A stretch of 64,000 nt of DNA from Ignavibacteriota bacterium (GTDB taxonomy: Bacteria; Bacteroidota; Ignavibacteria; Tepidaquicellales; OLB5), in NCBI GenBank assembly GCA_003820375.1, contig RPQH01000006.1:8861-72860 (forward strand), in the 5' to 3' direction. Within the stretch, counting starts at the first letter, position 1. Every line of letters starts with the position of its first letter. The notes beneath the pieces are model-generated. The model was not told the origin of the DNA, did no database searches, and saw only the letters and a program-made list of their open reading frames with translations. This document shows positions 18,848-28,372 of this stretch, in pieces. The translations under genes and the position numbers were made by a program.

Positions 18848-20140
18848 ATGAAAAACTTTTACATTTTATTAATAATTGCTGTGTTTTTTTCTGATATTTA
18901 TTCCCAGGTATGGAATGAACAAATTCAGCCTCCTCCCATTAAAACATTTTGGTGTGTAAGTGTTGTTAATTCGAACATCATTTGGATATGCGGTGAGCAG
19001 AATTCAATTCTATATACTTCTAATGGAGGAACTAGCTGGCAGTCCAGAAATAACGGCCTACCTGCAAACTGTGATGTTTATTCTATTACTTCAATTGATT
19101 CATCCACCGCTATTTGTGCACCTTATGTTGCGTCAATTGGGGGATATATCTACAGGACCACTGATGCCGGATTAAATTGGACCCAAGTGTTTGAACAGCA
19201 ATATGGTCTTATTTGCGGTGTAAAATTCTTATCTTCAACATATGGATTAGGATTCGGAAACCCTGTTGGATATAGATGGACCTTGCTCAGAACAAATAAT
19301 GGAGGTATTTCATTTGATACCAGCATATCTAATTTGCCATCTTTAGAAACTGAAACAGGCTATCCTAATTCTTTGTATTTAAATGAAAATGTTATGATGT
19401 TTGGAACCAATTGTTATGATAGCTCAGGAATTTATAGAAGTTCAAATGGAGGTGTAAATTGGACATTAACTCAACTTCAAGGAATGAATTTTACAGCTGG
19501 GATTTCTTTCAGAACAGATTCTTCTGATTATGGTATTGCAGTTGGCAATTTATGTTACTATTCGAGTAATAGAGGTAACACTTGGACATTAAAAAGTGGT
19601 ATGCCAGATACAGGTTATTTTTATACAGTCGCCAACATGGGGGCAAAATTCTGGGTTAGTTCATATAATAAAATTTTGTATTCTTCTAATGGTGGAGCAA
19701 ACTTTAGTGTCCAGTATGTTTCTCCTTCAGGAGGAATTTACACAAATTTCGGATTTACGCAATCCTCAACAGATAATATACTGACCACAATTAAAGGCTG
19801 GGGAGTTACAAATACTAATGCCATTGGTGGATATGAAGACGTTTTTGGAGTTAAACAAATTAGCTTTGAAGTACCAAATGATTTTTATTTATCACAGAAT
19901 TATCCCAATCCTTTTAATCCTTTTACAAAAATTCATTTTGCTATACCACATCCATCAAATGTGAAATTAACTGTACTTGATATTCTTGGCAGGGAAATCT
20001 CTGTGTTGGTTAATGATAATTTAAAGGCAGGAAATTATGAATCAAACTGGGATGGTTCATCATATCCAAGCGGGATATATTTTTGTAAGCTGGAGTCCGG
20101 ATATAATTCTGTAATACGCAAAATGATATTGTTGAAATAA
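18848..20140 (+). CDS. BNR/Asp-box repeat (Ycf48/sortilin-like beta-propeller) protein with T9SS CTD
   Basis: Six Asp-box-like motifs (TSNGGTSW, TTDAGLNW, TNNGGISF, SSNGGVNW, SSNRGNTW, SSNGGANF), a signal peptide, and a C-terminal 'LSQNYPNPFNPFTKIHF...GIYFCKL...RKMILLK'. It starts 20 nt after the regulator gene. Confidence 0.8.
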   Translation: MKNFYILLIIAVFFSDIYSQVWNEQIQPPPIKTFWCVSVVNSNIIWICGEQNSILYTSNGGTSWQSRNNGLPANCDVYSITSIDSSTAICAPYVASIGGYIYRTTDAGLNWTQVFEQQYGLICGVKFLSSTYGLGFGNPVGYRWTLLRTNNGGISFDTSISNLPSLETETGYPNSLYLNENVMMFGTNCYDSSGIYRSSNGGVNWTLTQLQGMNFTAGISFRTDSSDYGIAVGNLCYYSSNRGNTWTLKSGMPDTGYFYTVANMGAKFWVSSYNKILYSSNGGANFSVQYVSPSGGIYTNFGFTQSSTDNILTTIKGWGVTNTNAIGGYEDVFGVKQISFEVPNDFYLSQNYPNPFNPFTKIHFAIPHPSNVKLTVLDILGREISVLVNDNLKAGNYESNWDGSSYPSGIYFCKLESGYNSVIRKMILLK

Positions 20141-20167
20141 AACAAAAAAGGTTTGTATTATATTCCG

Positions 20168-20192
20168 GGATTTATTTTTTATAAATCCTTTT
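20168..20192 (+). terminator. weak AT-rich hairpin terminator
   Basis: ggatttat-ttttt-ataaatcc followed by tttt, 28 nt after the stop at 20140. Confidence 0.35.
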
Positions 20193-20254
20193 AAAACTAT
20201 ATGTGCATAGCTAGCTATTGGTGCTTTCACATTATAATATTATTGAATTAGTTT

Positions 20255-20570
20255 TTAAGTAATTATTAAAAACAATTAAACAGTTTGCCGTTCCTTTTAG
20301 TGCTGATGCGTATCTCACTTTTATCCTTTAGAACAACTATTTCAGATATCCGGCTTGAGCCCTCATTAACTTCATAAAAAAGAGAATTGGCAAGTATTGC
20401 ATCGGATATCCAGTAAAGTACCGTTTCAAGTGCGGCAGGTTTAATTTTTACCGGCCACCTTTTTTAGTTCATCAGAAAAACTCAATAATCATTCAGCACC
20501 GGGGGCAATAACCCATGACTCTTTTATAATATTATCTTCCAGCCACTGCTCAATTATATTTTTTTCTTAT
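20255..20570 (-). pseudogene. frameshifted remnant of an unidentified gene
   Basis: Three consecutive reverse-strand reading segments sit in different frames: KNIIEQWLEDNIIKESWVIAPGAE* / LLSFSDELKKVAGKN* / ...IKPAALETVLYWISDAILANSLFYEVNEGSSRISEIVVLKDKSEIRISTKRNGKL.... The longest segment has no Met. Family not recognised. Confidence 0.3.
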
Positions 20571-20666
20571 TTGAATATTTATACAGAGCAATGTGAAATG
20601 TATATTTTTTTGAGTTAACTGTATTTATATTTGTATATATTATTTACTACTAATTAAAGCACAAAT

Positions 20667-21092
20667 ATGTTTACGAAGTCTTGCGATTATGGCATCTTGG
20701 CAACCTTCTATATTGCGAATAATTCAAATGAAAAAAAATATGTAGGTCTTAAAGAAATAGCTGATGCAACATCTATTCCACCGCATTTTTTAAGCAAAGT
20801 TTTGAGTATCCTGGTTAAAAATAAAATTCTCAGTTCAACAAAAGGTTTGAACGGCGGATTTAAATTAAAAAGAAATGCTACTAAGATAAATATGCTGGAT
20901 ATAATTAAGGCTATTGACGGTACCGATATTTTTGATAATTGTTTGCTGGGATTAAAAGAATGTTCGGATGAAAATCCATGTTTAATACATGATCACTATA
21001 AGATTATTAAAGAAGATTTTATAAATTTACTAAGCAAAGAAACTTTACAGGTACTTATTGAGCATTTGAAAAACAGGGAAAATAAGAATTAG
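20667..21092 (+). CDS. Rrf2-family transcriptional regulator (BadM/IscR-like), probably Fe-S binding
   Basis: 141 aa. N-terminal wHTH 'DYGILATFYIA...KEIADATSIPPHFLSKVLSILVKNKILSSTKGLNGGFKL'. Three-Cys motif C-x7-C-x5-C (CLLGLKECSDENPC). Confidence 0.85.
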   Translation: MFTKSCDYGILATFYIANNSNEKKYVGLKEIADATSIPPHFLSKVLSILVKNKILSSTKGLNGGFKLKRNATKINMLDIIKAIDGTDIFDNCLLGLKECSDENPCLIHDHYKIIKEDFINLLSKETLQVLIEHLKNRENKN

Positions 21093-21098
21093 ACCCGG

Positions 21099-22034
21099 TT
21101 AACCGAACAGTTCATCATAACACTGCTGTAAATAAATTTTAATCATTTCCTTACGGTATTTCCTCGAAAGCATGTCGTTATCTACAGAGCGTGAATTTTT
21201 AATTGCTTCTTTACACATTGCTTCATAATCTATATGATTATTCCCACTAACAACTACAGGCTTAGGGTCAACACCACTCATGCATATAACTACATTACCG
21301 GAATTATCAGTTGTTACTGCGATTGACAGGGAAGTATAATCTAATGATTCTCTCTGCCTGAGCTTTTTAAATATTGTTCGGTAACCTTTATCCATTGGCA
21401 GAACAATTGATTTAATAATAGATGTTTTACTTAAATTAACGGGATTCACACCATCTCCGGTATAAATATCCTCGAGATTTAAGATATTTGTTCCGCTTAT
21501 ATCTGCAACTTCAATTTTTGCATTCATGCTAATTAGCACAGGTGCTGTATCTGAAACAAATTCAGAGTAACATGCTTTCCCTGTACCTGTTACAATGCAA
21601 ATATCACCGTTGCATTTCAGGCAATAACCAACAGCTTCCCTCCACCATTCGGACTGATTATAATACAAACACCTGTTCTCGCACAATAAATTACCGCCCA
21701 GAGTTGCAGTGTTCCGTACAAGCGGAGATGCAACCGAGTCAGCCGCCTTAATTAATGCAGGAAAGTTTTCTTTAATATAAATATTGTCCTTCAGTTCCGA
21801 CAACTTTGTTAAAGCCGGAATATAAATTAAATTATCCTTTACTGAAAACTGCTTTAGCTCATCTATGCCTGTCAGGTCAACCAGGCATCCTGTATCAATA
21901 TTTCCCTGGTATTTATTAACCAGCAGGTCCGTTCCTCCGGCAATATATTTAAAGCCGTCTCTATTAGAGGCAGTAAATTCCAAAGCTTCTTTCAAAGTTT
22001 TAGGTTTAAGGAATAATTTTTCTTCTGTATTCAA
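21099..22034 (-). CDS. FAD-binding (medium) subunit of a xanthine-dehydrogenase-family molybdoenzyme, with a Cys-rich insertion as in 4-hydroxybenzoyl-CoA reductase beta (HcrB-like)
   Basis: 311 aa. 'IAGGTDLLV' FAD-binding motif and 'TLGGNL'. Cys-rich insert LLCENRCLYYNQSEWWREAVGYCLKCNGDICIVTGTGKAC, with Cys at residues 118/122/138/141/146/155. Confidence 0.8.
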   Translation of the reverse strand: MNTEEKLFLKPKTLKEALEFTASNRDGFKYIAGGTDLLVNKYQGNIDTGCLVDLTGIDELKQFSVKDNLIYIPALTKLSELKDNIYIKENFPALIKAADSVASPLVRNTATLGGNLLCENRCLYYNQSEWWREAVGYCLKCNGDICIVTGTGKACYSEFVSDTAPVLISMNAKIEVADISGTNILNLEDIYTGDGVNPVNLSKTSIIKSIVLPMDKGYRTIFKKLRQRESLDYTSLSIAVTTDNSGNVVICMSGVDPKPVVVSGNNHIDYEAMCKEAIKNSRSVDNDMLSRKYRKEMIKIYLQQCYDELFG

Positions 22035-22037
22035 ATT

Positions 22038-24848
22038 TTACTTTACTCCGGAAAAATTCTTCTTTTTCTTTTTTAACAATTTTAAACCATTCAATATATC
22101 CTCCGGTTTAATCGGTAAAGAAGTTATTCTTACACCGGTTGCATCATATATAGCATTTGCTATTGCCGGGATCGAAGGATGTAAAGCTCCCTCACCGCAT
22201 TCTTTGGCTCCAAATGGTCCTTCCGGGTCAATACTTTCTATAATTGTAGTATCAAACTCAGGCGTATCAAGTGATGTAGGTATCTTATAGCCAAGCAAAT
22301 TTCCGTTAAGCAAAAGTCCTTCATGGTACCGCATTTCTTCACTCATAGCCTGTCCAAGTCCCATATGCCATGAGCCTTCCAATTGTCCTTCCACTGCGAG
22401 CGGGTTCAATGCTCTGCCGCAATCGTGTGCTCCCCACATATTAAGTACTTTTACGGCCCCTGTTTCTACATCCACTTTTACTTCAGCAACTAATGCTCCA
22501 AAGCTGTAAGAGGGGCTTAGCCCTGCACCCGCCCCTTTAAAATCTCCCCCCAGCTTAGGTGAGTTGTAATGTCCTCCGGATTGGAGTGCACCATTCTTCT
22601 TTGTTGCAATTCTTATAGCATCTTCCCAGCTTATTTCAACAGATTTGTCATTAGAAAATACTTTATTATTGGTAATATTTAATTCATCTTCAACTACTTT
22701 AAATTCGCTTGCAACAGCTGTGAGAATTTTACTTTTCATTTCTTCTGCTGCCATCTTAGCTGCATTGCCTGCCATGAATGTTACCCTGCTTGAGTAACTT
22801 CCCAGGTCAATAGGTGTTAATAAAGTATCTGCCGCTAATACAAAAATATTATCAACTGAAATTCCAAGAACTTCGGCAACTATTATTGCAAGCATTGTAT
22901 CGCTTCCCTGCCCGATATCACTTGCTCCAGAGCTAATTACAACACGTCCGTCCATATCTATTTTCAAATGTACTACTGATTGCGGGTATTCATTCCAGTG
23001 TATTCGTAAAGCACTTCCGCTAATAAAAAATCCGCATCCGACACCGATTCCGTGACCTTCTTTTAATTTCCCGAATTTTTCTTTCCATCCGGAGCGTTCC
23101 ATTACTGCTTTTAAGCTCTCTGCACTGCCGTTGGATGTAATTCTGAATTGCCCTACGGTCAGTGTATTTGAATCGAGAAAGTTTTTCAATCTCAGCTCAC
23201 ACGGGTCAATATCAGCTTTCCTTGCCAGTTCATCTATTAATGTTTCAACTGCAAAGCGGGAATTAACTGCACCATGACCTCTCATCGCTCCGCTTTGAGG
23301 TTTATTTGTATAAACTCTTCTTGTCCGGAAACCGAAATTATTAATATTGTATGGAGCTTGTAATAAAACACCATTATAATATGTTGTAACAACACCGAAA
23401 CTGCCATAGGCACCTCCATCTATTAATATGTCTGCGTCAAGAGTTTTAAGTTCACCTGAACTCCCCATACCAAGCTGCATTGTCATTTTAGTCGGATGCC
23501 TGCCATGATTGGTAAGAAAAACTTCTTCCCTGTTTAATCTGACACGTACGGGTTGTCCGGTTAATCTTGATAAATGAGCTACAATCATTTCATGCGGGAA
23601 AGGATCACTTTTCCCTCCGAATCCGCCGCCGACATATGGTTTAATTACTCTTATCCTGTTCATCGGTACTTCTAATACTTTTGCAAGATATTTATGAAGG
23701 TAATGCGGTACCTGTGTTGCCGTAATAATTGTTAACCCGTTTTCATCCCAATATGCTGTTGCAGCATGCGGCTCGGTGAATGCATGGTTTAATCCCTGGA
23801 ATTTAAAATCAAGCTTGCATGATAATTCGGAATTTTTTATTCCCTCTTCCTGGTCACCGAATCTGAGTTCTGCTGTTTTATGGATGTTATTGTTTAATTT
23901 AGTCTGATGATGTATCTTTTCATTTTCACCTGTATCTTTAAGTGAGTCTTCTATCTCAAAGAATGGTTTAAGCTCCAAGTATTCTACCTCAATTAGTCCG
24001 CATGCTTTTGAAGCTATTTCTTCCGTAACGGCAGCAACTGCAGCAACTATTTCTCCGATATATCTTGTTTTTTCAACCGCCATTGCAGTTTCATTTTCCG
24101 AAATAGGCAATACACCAAAACTGATTGGAATGTCCTTTCCGGTTATTACGGCTTTTACTCCCGGCAATTCTTTTGCTTTTGCAGTATTTATATTAACTAT
24201 TCTTGCATGAGGATAAGTGCTTCTAAGAAACTTGCAGTGAAGAGCATTCTTTATTCTGATATCATCTGCATATTCAGCTTCTCCTTTAACTTTCTTTTTT
24301 GCTTCAATATATGATCTCGGCTTTCCTACTACACTGAATTCTGAATCACTTTCTGCTTTTTTTTTCTTATCAGGTAAAGCATTACCGTTCTTTTCTGAAA
24401 CATATTCGGAAATTGCTTCAATTATTTTTTTATAACCCGTGCATCTGCAAAGATTACCTGATATAGCTTCTTTTATTTCATTGGAGGAGGGATTAGGATT
24501 TTTATTTAAGTAGCCAAGTATGCTCATAACCATTCCGGGTGTGCAATATCCGCACTGTATTGACCCTTTTTCTACAAACTTTTTTTGCAAATCATGAAGC
24601 TCACCATTTACTGCAATTCCCTCTATAGTTGTAATGCGGGCACCGTCATACCTGATTGCAGGAGCAATACAGCTTAATAGGGGAGAACCATCCACTAATA
24701 CAGTACAAGCCCCGCAGCTTCCTTGTTCGCATCCTAACTTAGTTCCGGTTAATCCTGCCTTTTCCCTTATTACAGTTGAAAGCATCTCATGACCTTTAAC
24801 TAAAAAGTCATACTCTTTATTATTTATGTATAATTTAATTTGCTTCAT
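22038..24848 (-). CDS. fused [2Fe-2S] small subunit + molybdopterin large subunit of a xanthine-dehydrogenase-family enzyme (4-hydroxybenzoyl-CoA reductase gamma-alpha-like)
   Basis: 936 aa. N-terminal 'GCEQGSCGACTV', 'CGYCTPGM' and 'CRCTGY' (two 2Fe-2S sites). Lys-rich linker at about residues 150-175. Large-subunit motifs 'VGGGFGGKS' and 'AKECGEGA'. Confidence 0.9.
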   Translation of the reverse strand: MKQIKLYINNKEYDFLVKGHEMLSTVIREKAGLTGTKLGCEQGSCGACTVLVDGSPLLSCIAPAIRYDGARITTIEGIAVNGELHDLQKKFVEKGSIQCGYCTPGMVMSILGYLNKNPNPSSNEIKEAISGNLCRCTGYKKIIEAISEYVSEKNGNALPDKKKKAESDSEFSVVGKPRSYIEAKKKVKGEAEYADDIRIKNALHCKFLRSTYPHARIVNINTAKAKELPGVKAVITGKDIPISFGVLPISENETAMAVEKTRYIGEIVAAVAAVTEEIASKACGLIEVEYLELKPFFEIEDSLKDTGENEKIHHQTKLNNNIHKTAELRFGDQEEGIKNSELSCKLDFKFQGLNHAFTEPHAATAYWDENGLTIITATQVPHYLHKYLAKVLEVPMNRIRVIKPYVGGGFGGKSDPFPHEMIVAHLSRLTGQPVRVRLNREEVFLTNHGRHPTKMTMQLGMGSSGELKTLDADILIDGGAYGSFGVVTTYYNGVLLQAPYNINNFGFRTRRVYTNKPQSGAMRGHGAVNSRFAVETLIDELARKADIDPCELRLKNFLDSNTLTVGQFRITSNGSAESLKAVMERSGWKEKFGKLKEGHGIGVGCGFFISGSALRIHWNEYPQSVVHLKIDMDGRVVISSGASDIGQGSDTMLAIIVAEVLGISVDNIFVLAADTLLTPIDLGSYSSRVTFMAGNAAKMAAEEMKSKILTAVASEFKVVEDELNITNNKVFSNDKSVEISWEDAIRIATKKNGALQSGGHYNSPKLGGDFKGAGAGLSPSYSFGALVAEVKVDVETGAVKVLNMWGAHDCGRALNPLAVEGQLEGSWHMGLGQAMSEEMRYHEGLLLNGNLLGYKIPTSLDTPEFDTTIIESIDPEGPFGAKECGEGALHPSIPAIANAIYDATGVRITSLPIKPEDILNGLKLLKKKKKNFSGVK

Positions 24849-24854
24849 TAGCTG

Positions 24855-25595
24855 CTAAAAGTTTGCTCCAATACTTTTCCCGCCATCAACATAAATGGTT
24901 TGACCTGTAATAAACTGTGTCTTTTCATCTGATAAGAAAGCAACAGCATTTGCTACATCTTCCGGTTTGCCGATAGTTTTTGTTGGTTGTGCCTGTATTA
25001 ATTTATCCCGTACTTCAGGAGTTAATGCCTGTGTTAATGGAGTATCTATTAATCCCGGTGCAATAGCATTTACAAAAACATTATATCTTCCCAGTTCCAG
25101 TGCAAGAGCGCGGGTTAACCCTACTATACCTGCTTTGGAAGAGGAGTAATTGGTCTGTCCCGGATTGCCAAGCCATGCCCTTGATGAAATATTTATTATT
25201 CTGCCGGCTTTCCGGTTTTTCATTACAATGGCTGCTTCGCGGCACATTAACCATGTGCCTTTCAAATTAATATCTATAACCTGCTCGAAATCATCGAGGC
25301 TCATTTTATTGATAAGCCTGTCTATTATAATCCCGGCATTATTAACTAAAATATCAACCTTGCCGTATTCCTTTACAATACTATTAAAAAGATTCTTTAC
25401 CTGTTGTTCATCTTTAATATCGCAATTAAAGTACCTTGCTTTCTCTTCTCCCAACTCATTAATTAACTTTTTCCCTTCGGTATCATCAATATCAACAGCA
25501 CAGATGAAGCAGCAATCCTCTGATAGTCTTTCAGATATTGCTTTGCCAATTCCTTTGGCGGCACCTGTAATAATGGCTATCCTGTTATTTTTCAT
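24855..25595 (-). CDS. short-chain dehydrogenase/reductase (FabG-like 3-oxoacyl reductase)
   Basis: 246 aa. 'TGAAKGIGKAI' (TGxxxGxG), 'NNAG' and 'YSSSKAG' (YxxxK). Confidence 0.9.
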   Translation of the reverse strand: MKNNRIAIITGAAKGIGKAISERLSEDCCFICAVDIDDTEGKKLINELGEEKARYFNCDIKDEQQVKNLFNSIVKEYGKVDILVNNAGIIIDRLINKMSLDDFEQVIDINLKGTWLMCREAAIVMKNRKAGRIINISSRAWLGNPGQTNYSSSKAGIVGLTRALALELGRYNVFVNAIAPGLIDTPLTQALTPEVRDKLIQAQPTKTIGKPEDVANAVAFLSDEKTQFITGQTIYVDGGKSIGANF

Positions 25596-26355
25596 GCACC
25601 GTGTTTTTTACTTTTATAATTTCAGCTAAAATACTAATTGCAATTTCTTCTGGTGTTTCTGCATTAATATCCAGTCCAACCGGCATATTTACTTTCTTAA
25701 GGTCTTCTTCAGTGCCTATATCACCTTCCAGAAAAAGTTTTTCAGTCATCTTTATCTTCCTGCTGCTGCCTATCATCCCTAAATATGCAAATGGCTTTTT
25801 TATGCAGTATGCTAAAATATCCCTATCTGCCTGGTGGCTGTATGTTAAGATAACTATAAAAACATTTTCATCAAAAGGAAGAGCTTTTAAAGCAGTCAGA
25901 AATTCCAGGTTCATCTTGTTTATTCCGGCGACATTAATTGAATCAATATATTCTTTCCTGTCATCTATAATGAATATATCAAAATCAAGCGATGATGCAA
26001 ATTGTGCAAGGGCATTTCCTGTATGTCCTGCACCAAATATATAGAGCTTTCTTTTATTCATTAATGGTTCTATAAATATTTCAACAGTTCCTCCGCAGCA
26101 CATTGCATGCTGGTAGAGGAGATCGTGTTTAAAAACACAAGCTTTGTTTTGTTTGATAACCTTTAATGCATCCTTTATAACACTTAACTCCAGTTCACCG
26201 CCGCCTATACTGCCTTTAACCGTGCCATCTTCATATACTAGCATCTTAGCACCTGTTTTACGCGGCGTGGAACCTTTCGTAGAAATTATTGTACATAATG
26301 CGGTCTTGCGATTATTTCTTCCCGCTTTTAATATTTCGTCATAGATACTGTTCAT
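25585..26355 (-). CDS. XdhC/CoxI-family molybdoenzyme maturation protein
   Basis: 256 aa. N-terminal XdhC_CoxI-like 'ALCTIISTKGSTPRKTGAKMLV..DG...GSIGGG.LE' and C-terminal Rossmann 'LYIFGAGHTGNALA'. Overlaps the SDR gene by 11 nt. Confidence 0.85.
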   Translation of the reverse strand: MNSIYDEILKAGRNNRKTALCTIISTKGSTPRKTGAKMLVYEDGTVKGSIGGGELELSVIKDALKVIKQNKACVFKHDLLYQHAMCCGGTVEIFIEPLMNKRKLYIFGAGHTGNALAQFASSLDFDIFIIDDRKEYIDSINVAGINKMNLEFLTALKALPFDENVFIVILTYSHQADRDILAYCIKKPFAYLGMIGSSRKIKMTEKLFLEGDIGTEEDLKKVNMPVGLDINAETPEEIAISILAEIIKVKNTVHEK

Positions 26356-26371
26356 TTATCAGAAATATTTT

Positions 26372-26968
26372 TTATTTATTATTAATAAAATATTTTCGGT
26401 AATCGGCCATAGTATTTATATTTGCAAGAACATTTTCACTTTTAACCGGGATACCTATTTTATTAAACTCGTGCAATATATCCCTCAGGTTTGAATTAAT
26501 ATTTTTTTCTTCTTTTAATCTCCTGATTATCTTTTCACCTATTAAAACCGGATGTCCTGACTTATCATTATAAACAGGAATCACATAACGTTCAATGTTT
26601 CTTTTATTATACATTTTCTTGAGCAGAAGAACACTAATAAACGGGTTGTCAGCATTCTGAATAAATAAGTAAGATTTTTCGTCTGCTTCAGCCAAACCAA
26701 GCGATAATGAATAAAATCTTCCACGCTCCTGATGCTCGTTTATTGTTACTTTTATGTTATAACTGTCTTCTAATTTTTTTATAACTGCATTTTCGGAAAA
26801 TTTTTTATTGAGTACGATAATAATCTTCTTACAACCGAGGTTAAAGTAAGCCTTAATAATTTTCTCAATAAAAGTCATACGCTCCGAATAGGAGAGAAAA
26901 AGTTTTGGTTTATTAGTTCTGGCCGAGTTACCGCCTGCTAACACAACAGCAGTCAAATTTTTTTTCAT
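26372..26968 (-). CDS. MobA/MocA-like nucleotidyltransferase (molybdenum cofactor cytidylyl/guanylyl-transferase)
   Basis: 198 aa. 'AVVLAGGNSAR' NTP-transferase motif. Sits at the head of the Mo-enzyme operon. Confidence 0.75.
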   Translation of the reverse strand: MKKNLTAVVLAGGNSARTNKPKLFLSYSERMTFIEKIIKAYFNLGCKKIIIVLNKKFSENAVIKKLEDSYNIKVTINEHQERGRFYSLSLGLAEADEKSYLFIQNADNPFISVLLLKKMYNKRNIERYVIPVYNDKSGHPVLIGEKIIRRLKEEKNINSNLRDILHEFNKIGIPVKSENVLANINTMADYRKYFINNK

Positions 26969-27111
26969 ACCGTATGTTATTAATTTTCGCTAACTAACAT
27001 TCGTTAATTTTGGTTAAATCCTTTATTATCAATCTAGATACTTGCAATTTAATTAGAAATTTGATAATTTGACATAGCGATATTTAGATAAATAGATATA
27101 TATATCGGGTA

Positions 27112-28290
27112 TTGAAAAACATTGACCAAATATTAGAACACTGTAAAGAACTGGCTTTTGACCTTGAGTTTTCTTATGCAAAGAACTGGAAGTCAGCTCA
27201 AACGGACAGAGTGTTGATTGGATACATGCCCATTTATTTTCCAAGGGAGATAACTCACGCTGCTAATGCTCTTGCTGTTGGTATATTGGGAACAGGAGAC
27301 CGCAAGCAAATTATCAAAGGTGATGCTTTCTACCAATCTTATATTTGTCACATTCCGAGAGGAATAATTGAGCTTGCACTTGACGGCAACCTTGACGAAA
27401 TAGATGGGTTTATTTTTCCATCCATTTGTGATGTTATAAGAAATCTTTCAGGGACTTTCCAGATTCTTAAAAAAGGTAAGTTTGTTAAATATCTCGATTA
27501 CCCTCAAAACTTTCTGTCTCACATCGGAGGAAAGTTTTATAAAACAGAACTACTCCATATACTTCATGAGATTCAAAAAATAAATAACATTGAAGTCACA
27601 CCGGAAAAACTGAACAACTCCATAAAACTTTATAATATTAATCAAAGGCTTCTTAAAGAAATATATAATATCCGGCAGGAATATCCGTGGAGAATATCAT
27701 TTGAAAATCTTTATTATGTGGTCAGGGCAGGAATGGTAATTACTGTAGAAGAGCATAATAAGATACTTGAAGATGTTCTTGAATTCTTAAACATCAATAA
27801 CGGAGAGCCAATGGATAAAATAAAAGTAGTTATTTCTGGCGCCTTTTGTGAACAGCCGCCGATCGGATTAATAAAAACAATCGAGCTGGCAGGCTGTTAC
27901 ATAGTAGATGATGATTTATTGCTTGGCTCCAGATGGATGAAAGGCGATGTTGCCGATAATACTGATGACCCGCTGAATGCTCTGTCGGAAGCTTACATGA
28001 ATCTAAGTACTTTTTCGTCCTCTGTATATTCGGTTGGTAAGCCAAAAGGCGAACAGCTTGTACAGTTAATTAAGGAAAGAAATGCCGACGGAATTATATT
28101 TGCTGCCCCAAGCTTTTGTGACCCTGCACTTCTGGATCTTCCGGTAATGCAGAAAGCATGTGATGATGCAAACATCCGTTACATCAGCTTCCAGTACAAT
28201 GAAAATACCGGGCAGTATAAAGTAATTAAAGAACAGGTCGGAGCATTCTCCGACTCAATAAAGTTGTGGGAAGATACAGTTTCCAGTTAA
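27112..28290 (+). CDS. bcrC: benzoyl-CoA reductase (class I, ATP-dependent) subunit C (gamma)
   Basis: 392 aa with a TTG start. HgdA/B-BcrB/C family look ('LIGYMPIYFPREITHAANALAVGILG', 'IFAAPSFCDP'). It is the first gene of a 392/430/461/281-aa set that matches Thauera bcrCBAD order and sizes. Confidence 0.75.
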   Translation: MKNIDQILEHCKELAFDLEFSYAKNWKSAQTDRVLIGYMPIYFPREITHAANALAVGILGTGDRKQIIKGDAFYQSYICHIPRGIIELALDGNLDEIDGFIFPSICDVIRNLSGTFQILKKGKFVKYLDYPQNFLSHIGGKFYKTELLHILHEIQKINNIEVTPEKLNNSIKLYNINQRLLKEIYNIRQEYPWRISFENLYYVVRAGMVITVEEHNKILEDVLEFLNINNGEPMDKIKVVISGAFCEQPPIGLIKTIELAGCYIVDDDLLLGSRWMKGDVADNTDDPLNALSEAYMNLSTFSSSVYSVGKPKGEQLVQLIKERNADGIIFAAPSFCDPALLDLPVMQKACDDANIRYISFQYNENTGQYKVIKEQVGAFSDSIKLWEDTVSS

Positions 28291-28372
28291 TAATTAATAA
28301 TGTTTACGGTTACTTATTAATAATATAATAAGTTTTACAGCTGCTATTTAATAATTTAAATAAGGTACAGCC

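Noticed and set aside
21542-26344. + strand ORFs opposite the Mo-enzyme operon (21542-21751, 21865-22290, 24967-25149, 25150-25629, 25601-26044, 26144-26344).
   Set aside because: They are antisense to genes with unambiguous family motifs (FAD subunit, Moco subunit, SDR, XdhC), and the translated products look like mirror-frame artefacts.
26969-27111. Molybdenum-cofactor riboswitch upstream of the mocA-like gene.
   Set aside because: The leader is only about 140 nt, extremely AT-rich, and shows none of the GC-rich paired elements expected of a Moco RNA motif.
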